Made by a program: the position numbers and the translations under genes
Shown here: positions 19,963 to 27,893 of the stretch, one piece after another
Layout: each line of letters starts with the position of its first letter
Numbering within the stretch: position 1 is the stretch's first letter
Origin: Lysobacterales bacterium
GTDB lineage: Bacteria; Pseudomonadota; Gammaproteobacteria; Xanthomonadales; SZUA-5
Assembly: GCA_022844165.1 (NCBI GenBank)
Contig: JALHMH010000028.1
Span: 1 to 60,032 of the forward strand
DNA length: 60,032 bases
Direction of reading: 5' to 3'
Notes under the pieces: generated by a model
The model's input: only the letters and a program-made list of their open reading frames with translations
Database searches by the model: none
What the model was told of the DNA's origin: nothing

Positions 19963-20826
19963 GTGAGTGCCGATCTAGACTTCAAACAACTGCGGCGGCG
20001 GTTGGCCACCTATGGCTTCGAGTCGAACGATGACTACGAATTTGCGCTGCGCGTCCTGTTTGAATGCAAGCCCGCAGGCGTGCGCTGCCTGAACATTGTT
20101 GGCGACAGCGGCCGGCGCAAGAGTGCGTTGGCGCATGCGCTCGGCAATGCACTGGGATTTCCCTACGTGCTGTATCACGATTTCTCGCACAAATCCGAAC
20201 CCAACGCGGATTCCGTCATCATCGATCCTGAATCCGGAACGGCCGAGAGAATCGAGGCCCCGGTGTGTGCGTTCGATCGTACGTTGACCGAAGCCTGCGC
20301 TTACAGCGAAGCAGAACGGGTGATCGTCATTCTCGATCAAATCCAGGCCAGCGACTTTCAGGCACAGGTGCGGCTCTATCAGTTTGCGCAGTCGCGGCAG
20401 TGGCCGTCGAAAACCGGCGTTGTGGCGGCAAATGCAAACACGCTGCTGATGGTGCTGATTTCCGAAGAGCCGCTGTATCACTCGCTGCAGAAACTGTGTT
20501 TCAAGGTCTGGGCCGATCGCGGCACGACGCTGCTCGAGTTCGAACCCAAGGACTTTGGTTTTGGCGACGATGCGCGCGAGCTGTTTGCCGCACTCGCGGC
20601 ACTCTTCAGGCAACTCGAACAGAGCCCCACGCCCAGCGAATTTCAACGGGTCATCGACGATGTCACGCGGCGCGTGCGCAGCGCCGAGCAACTGCGGATT
20701 TGCCTGTACGGCTGGATGGAGAACATCGATCGCGACACCCTGCACGCACCCGCGCTCGGGCCGGCCATCGATCAGGTCATCACCACCCTGCTCGCATGGC
20801 TCGGCGTCGAGTCGATTGAGCTGTAA
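19963..20826 (+). CDS. Hypothetical protein with degenerate P-loop (AAA-like)
   Basis: GDSGRRKS Walker-A-like and VIVILDQ Walker-B-like segments. Confidence 0.6.
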   Translation: MSADLDFKQLRRRLATYGFESNDDYEFALRVLFECKPAGVRCLNIVGDSGRRKSALAHALGNALGFPYVLYHDFSHKSEPNADSVIIDPESGTAERIEAPVCAFDRTLTEACAYSEAERVIVILDQIQASDFQAQVRLYQFAQSRQWPSKTGVVAANANTLLMVLISEEPLYHSLQKLCFKVWADRGTTLLEFEPKDFGFGDDARELFAALAALFRQLEQSPTPSEFQRVIDDVTRRVRSAEQLRICLYGWMENIDRDTLHAPALGPAIDQVITTLLAWLGVESIEL

Positions 20827-20848
20827 CCATCCGGCTTCGAGGTTCAGC

Positions 20849-22273
20849 CTATTCGTTTAGCTCCGTCAGTTTTTCGTCCGATCGGTGGGCGAAATCGCCC
20901 GCCAGCGCTTTGTACAACGCGGCCAACGAGGTCGCTCTGCGCGTGGTGGCCTCGGCGAAACGATCTTCGAAGTCGAGCAGCGAGCGTTGTGCATCGAGCA
21001 GCGCCAGGAAGTCGCTGGCGCCGGCGTCGTACCGCAGTTTCGCCAGCTCGACCGACTTGCTGCTTGCGCTCACCGCCATTTCCAGCGCAAGTGCTGATTC
21101 GTTCGCGGCACGATAGGCGGCGAGCGCGTTTTCGGTCTCCTCCAGAGCGCGCAAAACGACGCCATGGTAAGCGGCGAGTGCACTATCCGCAGTCGCTCGT
21201 TGGCTCAGTACGCGTTGTCGGACGCGGCCGAAATCGAGAAAACTCCAGCTCAGCGACGGACCGAAGCTGAAGCGCTGCGACCGGCTATCGGCCAGATTGC
21301 CGAAGCTCTGCGCGGTGGCGCCGAAGTCGCCGAGTAGCGTGAGTTTTGGGAAGAACTCGGCCGTTTCCACGCCGACGTTCGACACCTCCTCGGCCAGCCG
21401 CATTTCGGCCTCGCGCACATCCGGGCGGCGCTGCACCCACTCTTCCGGCGTACCGATGGCGACCAGTGCGGGAAGCTCAGGCAATGCTCTTTCGCGGGCC
21501 AGTTTTTCACGCAAGGTGGTCACTGGCCAGTTCGTCAGCGTCGCCAGCCGCTGCTCCTGACGGGTCACATCGGCGCGCGTCAACGGTACTTGTGAGGCCA
21601 CCGACAGGCCGAGCGCATTGCTGCGCGAAACGTCGAGTTCAGTACCGCGACCGGCTTCCAGTTGTTTGCGCAAGATCGACAAGTTCTCGCGCAAGTTGTC
21701 GACGTTCTTCTCCTGCACGCGCAACCGTGCCTGTGTGCCGCGCAACGCAAAGTAGCTTTGCGCAGTCTCAGCGACGATCGACAGTTGCACTGCTTGCAGC
21801 GCAGCGGTATCTGCATCGACGCGCCGATAGATCGCTTCAGATTGGCGCCGCAACGATCCGAAAAGATCGATCTCCCAGGTCGCATCGAATCCGGCCCGAT
21901 AGGTATCGGTGCGGCCTTGGTCGCTGGGAATGAACGGATCTTCGCCGCTCGGGTCGCTGCGCTCGGCATCGGTGCTCGCGGTGACCGTTGGAATCCAGCT
22001 GAAGAACGTCAGTCCTGCAAGTGCGCGTGTGCTATCGAGGCGCGCGATCGCTTGGGCGATATCGGTGTTGGCGGCGAGCGCGCGCTCGATGAGCAGGTCA
22101 AGTTCGGGTTCGTCGAATGACGCCCAAAGCGCGGTGCCGACCGGCTTGATCTGGTAGCCCTCGACACCGCCCTCGACGAACGCCTCCGCTTGCGGCGCGT
22201 CCGGGCGCACGTGGTTCGGGCCGACGGTGCAGGCGGCCAGGGTCAGGGCGGCACTGAGAAGTGCGGTCCGCAA
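20849..22273 (-). CDS. RND efflux outer-membrane lipoprotein (NodT/OprN type); start codon uncertain
   Basis: Lipobox LAAC-TVGP; WEIDLFG; RRPDVREAE; LYKALAG. Confidence 0.9.
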   Translation of the reverse strand: MRTALLSAALTLAACTVGPNHVRPDAPQAEAFVEGGVEGYQIKPVGTALWASFDEPELDLLIERALAANTDIAQAIARLDSTRALAGLTFFSWIPTVTASTDAERSDPSGEDPFIPSDQGRTDTYRAGFDATWEIDLFGSLRRQSEAIYRRVDADTAALQAVQLSIVAETAQSYFALRGTQARLRVQEKNVDNLRENLSILRKQLEAGRGTELDVSRSNALGLSVASQVPLTRADVTRQEQRLATLTNWPVTTLREKLARERALPELPALVAIGTPEEWVQRRPDVREAEMRLAEEVSNVGVETAEFFPKLTLLGDFGATAQSFGNLADSRSQRFSFGPSLSWSFLDFGRVRQRVLSQRATADSALAAYHGVVLRALEETENALAAYRAANESALALEMAVSASSKSVELAKLRYDAGASDFLALLDAQRSLLDFEDRFAEATTRRATSLAALYKALAGDFAHRSDEKLTELNE

Positions 22274-22387
22274 TTGAAAAAGCTTGACGCGGCGCACGGG
22301 GCGCGGGGCAAGTACGTCGATCGGGCAGTTCGCCGAAGCTACCGCACCTCTGTACCGGTCGAAGGCAACCCTCGGTGTCCGCAGATG

Positions 22388-22421
22388 CACGTGCCCCGTG
22401 CCGCGTGCCCCGCGCCCCGCT
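22388..22421. repeat. (GTGCCCC)n heptamer repeat
   Basis: GCACGTGCCCCGTGCCGCGTGCCCCGCGCCCCGC. Confidence 0.7.
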
Positions 22422-22433
22422 TCATTCTCGTTG

Positions 22434-25400
22434 TTACCCATGTCCATGCCCTCCCAAAACAACTTCTTCCTCACGCGTAAAGCGCACCGCCAATTTGCGT
22501 AGCAAGACATAGAACACCGGGGTAAAAAACAGGCCAAAGAAGGTCACCCCGAGCATGCCGGCGAATACTGTAACGCCCATCACGTGGCGAACCTCGGCAC
22601 CGGCACCGCTGGCGAAAACCAGCGGCAGCACGCCCATGATGAAGGCGAAACTGGTCATCAGAATCGGGCGCAAACGCAGGCGACAAGCTTCGATGGCCGC
22701 CTCGACGATGCTGCGACCCTGCGCTTCCAGATCGCGCGCGAACTCGACAATCAGAATCGCGTTTTTGCAGGCCAGTCCCATCAACACCACCAGGCCAATC
22801 TGGGTAAAGATGTTGTTGTCGATGAAGTTGGGCGGCACGCTCATGGGCGGTGGCGGTATCCAGCCCCAACCGATCTGCAATCCGAACCACATGCCGTTGA
22901 TGAAATTCAGCAGCCAGATGCCGCCAATCGCGCTCAACAAGCACATCGGAACGATCAAGATCACCGCGAGTGGCAACGTCCAGCTCTCGTAGAGCGCAGC
23001 CAGCACCATGTACACCAGCAGGATGCAGAGCGGGAACACCAGCAGCGCCAGCGAGCCTTGCGTGACTTCCTGATAGGTCAACCCGGTCCATTCGACGGTC
23101 ATTCCCTGCGGCAGGATATTCGGCGCCAGTTCCTGCACCTTGGCGATCGCCTGCTGCGAAGACATCTGCGCCGGATTGGTGCCGCCTTGCAGGTCTGCCG
23201 CCGGAAAGCCGTTGTAGCGGATCACCGGATCCGGCCCGTAACTTGGCGTGATTTCCACCACGCTCGCAATCGGCACCATCTGGCCCGCTTGATTACGGAC
23301 CTTGAGTCGATCGATATCCGAAATCTCGTTGCGGAACTCAGCGTCGGCCTGTGCGTAGACACTATAGGTACGGCCAAAAATATTGAAGTCGTTGACGTAG
23401 GCCGATCCTAAGTACACCTGCAATGCGGCGTAGATATCGGTGAGCGCGAGCCCCTGCTCCTTGGCCTTGACCCGATCGACCTTGGCATCGAGTTGCGGCA
23501 CATTCGATTGGAATGAGCTGAACACACCATAGGGGATGAAACCCGGGGTACCACGCAACACGTTCGCGAAGTTCTGCACCTGATTGTTGAGTTCACCGTA
23601 ACCCTGCGCCGAGCGGTCTTGAATGTACATTTCAACGCCCGCGGTGTTGCCCAGACCCAGCACCGCCGGCGGCTCTGCAGCAAAGGCGAAGCCATCCTGG
23701 ATGGTGCTGAACTTGCCATTCAACATGCCGGCGATTTCGGCAGCGCTGACGTCGCGCGTGTCTGGCGGTGTGATGCCGATGAACATCACGCCGGCATTGC
23801 TGGTCGCAACGAAATGGATGCCGTTCAAGCCAGGGAACTGCACCGCACTTTCGACACCCGGCGTCGCGAGCGCCATTTCGCCCATGCGTCGCATCGTCGC
23901 TTCTGTGCGTTGCAACGTCGAGCCCTCCGGCAACTGCAACACGCCGAACAGGTACTGCTTATCCTGCGTCGGGATGAACCCGGCCGGCACATTCATGAAG
24001 CCGAGCACCGTGACGCCGAGCAGCAGCACATAAATCGCCATCAGCCGCGGTGCACGCGCGATGGTGCCGCCGATGCCACTGGAGTAGGTATTGCTGGCAC
24101 GCTTGAACCTGGTGTTGAACCAGTTGAAGAAGCCACCGAAGATCTTCTCGATGCCGCGGCCGAGCACATCTTTCTTTGCACCGTGCGGCTGCAGCAGCAT
24201 GGCCGCCAGCGCCGGCGACATGGTCAGCGAGTTGAACGCCGAGATCAGCACCGAGACCGCGATAGTGACCGCAAATTGTCGATAAAACTCGCCGGTGACG
24301 CCACCCAAAAAAGCCAGCGGCACGAACACACTGGCGAGTACCAACGAAATCGCAACGATGGGCCCGGAGACTTCGCTCATCGCCTTGTGCGCGGCATCGA
24401 TCGGGCGCATACCTTCTTCGATGTGGCGCTCAACGTTTTCGACGACAACAATCGCATCGTCGACGACGATGCCGATGGCCAGCACCAGACCAAACAAGGT
24501 CAGCACATTGATCGAAAACCCGAGCATCCACAGCACGGCAAAGGTGCCGATGATCGACACCGGTACCGCGAGCAGCGGAATGATCGAGGCGCGCCACGTT
24601 TGCAAGAAGACAATGACGACCAGAACCACCAGCGCCACCGCTTCCAGCAGCGTGGTGATCACCGAATCGATCGATTGGCGGACGAACACGGTCGGATCGT
24701 AAACCACAGTCCACTCGACGCCTTCGGGAAAGCCCTTTGCCAGTTCGGCCATCTTGGCGCGCACCGCATCGGAAAGCGCGATCGAATTTGCGCCGGGTGC
24801 TTCAAAGATCACGATCGCTGCTGCGTCCTGGTTGTTGAGCAACGACGCCAGCGCGTAGTTGTTGGAGCCAAGTTCGACGCGCGCAACATCCTTGAGCCGG
24901 GTGATTTCGCCACCCGCGCCGGTCTTGAGCACGACCTCCGCGAATTCCTCCGGCGAATTGAGGCGGCCTTGCGCGTTGATTGCGTACTGCACTGACGCGC
25001 CTGCGGGTTGCGGTGGCCCGCCGATGGCGCCGGCTGACACCTCGACGTTCTGCTCGCGCAGGGCACCGAGAATGTCGTTGGCCGTCAGATCGCGCGATGC
25101 GGCCTTGTCGGGATCGATCCAGATACGCATCGCGTACTCGCCCGCACCGAAGGCCAGCGCCTGACCCACACCGGGCAGACGCGCCAATTCGTCCTGTACG
25201 CGCAGGTTGGCGAAGTTCGACAGGTACAAACCGTCGTAACGGTTGTCCGGCGACTGGATATGCACCACCATCGTCAAGTTCGGCGACGCCTTTACCGTCG
25301 TTACACCGAGTTGTCGCACCGCTTCAGGCAAGCGCGGCGACGCTTGCGCGACGCGGTTCTGCACCTGCACCGCGGCCAGATCGATATTCGTGCCACCTTT

Positions 25401-25697
25401 GAACGTCACCGTCAGCAGCATCGTGCCATCGGCGCCACTGGTGGACTTCATATAGATCATGTTTTCGACGCCGTTGATCGCTTCTTCAATCGGCGCGGCC
25501 ACGGTATCGGCGATGGTTTTGGGGTTGGCGCCGGGATAAATCGCGGTGACCTGGACCGACGGCGGCACCACATTCGGGTACTCGCTGATCGGCAAGTTAG
25601 GAATCGCGATCAGGCCGGCGATGAACACCAGCAGCGACAGCACGGCCGCAAGAATCGGGCGGTCGACGAAGACCGCAGAAATATCGGTGCGGGCCAT
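22434..25697 (-). CDS. RND efflux permease (MexF/OqxB-like)
   Basis: GIVVDDAIVVVENVER, KNAILIVEFA and RLRPILMTS motifs. Confidence 0.96.
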   Translation of the reverse strand: MARTDISAVFVDRPILAAVLSLLVFIAGLIAIPNLPISEYPNVVPPSVQVTAIYPGANPKTIADTVAAPIEEAINGVENMIYMKSTSGADGTMLLTVTFKGGTNIDLAAVQVQNRVAQASPRLPEAVRQLGVTTVKASPNLTMVVHIQSPDNRYDGLYLSNFANLRVQDELARLPGVGQALAFGAGEYAMRIWIDPDKAASRDLTANDILGALREQNVEVSAGAIGGPPQPAGASVQYAINAQGRLNSPEEFAEVVLKTGAGGEITRLKDVARVELGSNNYALASLLNNQDAAAIVIFEAPGANSIALSDAVRAKMAELAKGFPEGVEWTVVYDPTVFVRQSIDSVITTLLEAVALVVLVVIVFLQTWRASIIPLLAVPVSIIGTFAVLWMLGFSINVLTLFGLVLAIGIVVDDAIVVVENVERHIEEGMRPIDAAHKAMSEVSGPIVAISLVLASVFVPLAFLGGVTGEFYRQFAVTIAVSVLISAFNSLTMSPALAAMLLQPHGAKKDVLGRGIEKIFGGFFNWFNTRFKRASNTYSSGIGGTIARAPRLMAIYVLLLGVTVLGFMNVPAGFIPTQDKQYLFGVLQLPEGSTLQRTEATMRRMGEMALATPGVESAVQFPGLNGIHFVATSNAGVMFIGITPPDTRDVSAAEIAGMLNGKFSTIQDGFAFAAEPPAVLGLGNTAGVEMYIQDRSAQGYGELNNQVQNFANVLRGTPGFIPYGVFSSFQSNVPQLDAKVDRVKAKEQGLALTDIYAALQVYLGSAYVNDFNIFGRTYSVYAQADAEFRNEISDIDRLKVRNQAGQMVPIASVVEITPSYGPDPVIRYNGFPAADLQGGTNPAQMSSQQAIAKVQELAPNILPQGMTVEWTGLTYQEVTQGSLALLVFPLCILLVYMVLAALYESWTLPLAVILIVPMCLLSAIGGIWLLNFINGMWFGLQIGWGWIPPPPMSVPPNFIDNNIFTQIGLVVLMGLACKNAILIVEFARDLEAQGRSIVEAAIEACRLRLRPILMTSFAFIMGVLPLVFASGAGAEVRHVMGVTVFAGMLGVTFFGLFFTPVFYVLLRKLAVRFTREEEVVLGGHGHG

Positions 25698-25739
25698 GGC
25701 TTAGCTTCCTTGGACTCGAGGGTTCGCGCGCTCCGTGCG

Positions 25740-25882
25740 AGCGGGGCACGGGGCACGGGGCACGGGGTACGGGACTGCGTTCGTGCCCTCGTTGGTGGGG
25801 GCGAGGGAACGGTGGATCGACACCCAAAACTTCGGGCGACGGTCATCCCACGTGCCCCGTGCCCCGTGCCCCATGCCCCGCT
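25740..25882. repeat. Inverted pair of (GGGGCAC)n / (GTGCCCC)n heptamer arrays around an ~80-bp spacer
   Basis: GCGGGGCACGGGCACGGGGCACGGGG at about 25741-25767; GTGCCCCGTGCCCCGTGCCCCATGCCCCGC at about 25852-25881. Confidence 0.8.
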
Positions 25883-25897
25883 TCAAGGCGCCCCCGC

Positions 25898-27085
25898 TCA
25901 CAGCCCACCCCCCGTCACGGCCGTTCCTTCTGCCGCTGCGACCACCGTATTCGGCGCATCCATCGGCACGTCAATGGGGTTCAGCGGTGCGCCTGGGAAG
26001 AAGATCTTGCGCATACCGTTGACCACCACTTTGTCGCTGGCGTCCAGACCTGAGGTGATGATGCGCAGGCCATCGACGCTGTTGCCGGGCTGCACATCCT
26101 TACGTTGCGCGGTATTGCCCGGGCCGACCACATACACATATTTGCGGTCCTGGTCGGTGAGGATGGCTTGATCGTGGATCAGTATCGCCGGATGTTTGGC
26201 GCTGCCGATCAGCTGTACCCTCGCGAACAGACCTGGCGTAAACAAGCGCTGGTCGTTTTCGAGCACCGCGCGCGCGCGGATGGTGCCAGTCGCCGGATCG
26301 AGCTGGTTATCGACGAAGTCCATTTCGCCGACGTGCGGGAATCCCTGTTCGTCGGCAAGGCCAACGCGCACCGGGTTGCGCGCGTCGCGCGAGCTCGGGC
26401 GATCGCCGCTGCGCGCCAGTCCCTGATAACGCAAGTAGGTGCGTTCATCGCCCTCGAACTCCACATAGATCGGATCGAGAGAGACCAGCGTCGTCAGCAC
26501 CGAGCCAGGGTCGACCAGGTTGCCGGCTGTGATCAGTGCGCGGCCGACGCGGCCGTCGATGGGCGCGGCGATTCTGGCGAACTCGACATTCAATCTGGCC
26601 TGCGCTGAGGCGGCGACCATGGCATTGACGTCGGCCTTGGCCTGCTCCAATTCTGAGGACTTCTGATCCCACTCCTCGCGCGACATCGCTCTGGCTTCGA
26701 CCAACTTACGTCCGCGCTCAACGTCGCGTTCGGCCAGCGTCACTCGGGTTCGGGCCCGGCTGATTTCCGCCTCCGAGCGCGCCAAAGCCGCGCGGTACTC
26801 GCGTTCGTCGATCTCGAACAGCAGATCACCTTTCTTGACCTCCGAGCCCTCTTCGAATGCGATGCGCGTCAAATAGCCCTGCACGCGCGGCCGGATTTGC
26901 ACGGCATCGACGGCTGCGAAGCGGCCGTTGAATTCATCCCATTCGGTGATTTCGCGGCTGACGACTTGTGCGACGTTGACTTCCGTCGGTGGCATCTGCG
27001 GCTGTTCACCCGGCGGGCCACCGTCGCTGCCACACGCCACAACGGCGAGCGCCAAAGGGAGCCATATCAACTTGCGGGTGTTCAT
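25898..27085 (-). CDS. RND efflux periplasmic adaptor (MexE-like)
   Basis: Lipobox VVAC; RPRVQG, GDLLFEID, APIDGR and TGTIRARA motifs. Confidence 0.95.
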   Translation of the reverse strand: MNTRKLIWLPLALAVVACGSDGGPPGEQPQMPPTEVNVAQVVSREITEWDEFNGRFAAVDAVQIRPRVQGYLTRIAFEEGSEVKKGDLLFEIDEREYRAALARSEAEISRARTRVTLAERDVERGRKLVEARAMSREEWDQKSSELEQAKADVNAMVAASAQARLNVEFARIAAPIDGRVGRALITAGNLVDPGSVLTTLVSLDPIYVEFEGDERTYLRYQGLARSGDRPSSRDARNPVRVGLADEQGFPHVGEMDFVDNQLDPATGTIRARAVLENDQRLFTPGLFARVQLIGSAKHPAILIHDQAILTDQDRKYVYVVGPGNTAQRKDVQPGNSVDGLRIITSGLDASDKVVVNGMRKIFFPGAPLNPIDVPMDAPNTVVAAAEGTAVTGGGL

Positions 27086-27690
27086 TTGGGCCTCGTCTTT
27101 TTCGTCTTTTTTGATTTGATCATTGGGGTCGGCAGCGCTGCCGTCGGCGTGCTCCAGTCGCGCGCGAGGCGCTCAAGCTCGGCGACCACGCGCGGGCGCT
27201 GATCGTCCGGAACCTCGTTGCAGCCAAAGTACTCGCTCCAGAACAATCCTTCTGCCGCCAGACGAATCACGCTGCGGCGAATTTCGTCGTCGTCCCATCG
27301 CGTGTCCTGGTGCATGCATCGATGATGTTCGCGCACCGGTTCCAGCAAGCTCGGATCGTGCGCCACGGCGCTCAGCATGCCGGCGATGAACTGTCGCCGC
27401 TCACTGTCTGGCGCGCACCAGGTTCGAATCAGCGCAATCAAGTCAGCGCCAGGTTCGTCCGTCAGCTGTTCTGAGTGTTGGCGCTCGGCTTCGATGCCCT
27501 GCGCCAGATCGTGCGCGATCAACGCACGCAGCAGATCTTCTTTCGTGGCAAAGTGATAGGTGATGCCGCCACGCGAGATACCACTTTCCAGTACCAGCTC
27601 CTCAAAGGTCAGGTTCGCCGCGCCGCGTACCTTCACGATGCGGGCGGCGGCGGCGAGGATCTCCAGTCGAGCTTTAGGTGGGCGCGGCAT
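27082..27690 (-). CDS. TetR-family regulator
   Basis: N-terminal HTH GISRGGITYHFATKEDL; first gene of the efflux operon. Confidence 0.9.
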   Translation of the reverse strand: MPRPPKARLEILAAAARIVKVRGAANLTFEELVLESGISRGGITYHFATKEDLLRALIAHDLAQGIEAERQHSEQLTDEPGADLIALIRTWCAPDSERRQFIAGMLSAVAHDPSLLEPVREHHRCMHQDTRWDDDEIRRSVIRLAAEGLFWSEYFGCNEVPDDQRPRVVAELERLARDWSTPTAALPTPMIKSKKTKKTRPK

Positions 27691-27702
27691 GACGGTTTCT
27701 TT

Positions 27703-27716
27703 ACAGAACGTTCTGT
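27703..27716. promoter_or_regulatory. Putative TetR operator
   Basis: Perfect palindrome ACAGAACGTTCTGT just upstream of the tetR start codon. Confidence 0.6.
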
Positions 27717-27893
27717 GTAGTAATCCATCATGCCGCTGCGGACGGTTCGAGACAAGTAGGTCGAACGTCATCTGCATTCGTATGCATCGTGCCGCTCGCC
27801 GAAGGTGGCGGAATCGCGCAGGGCGCAAGTTCATCGTGACCGCAACGCGCAAGCCGGATATCGTTCGCCCTCCACTCTGTGCAGGATCGAACG

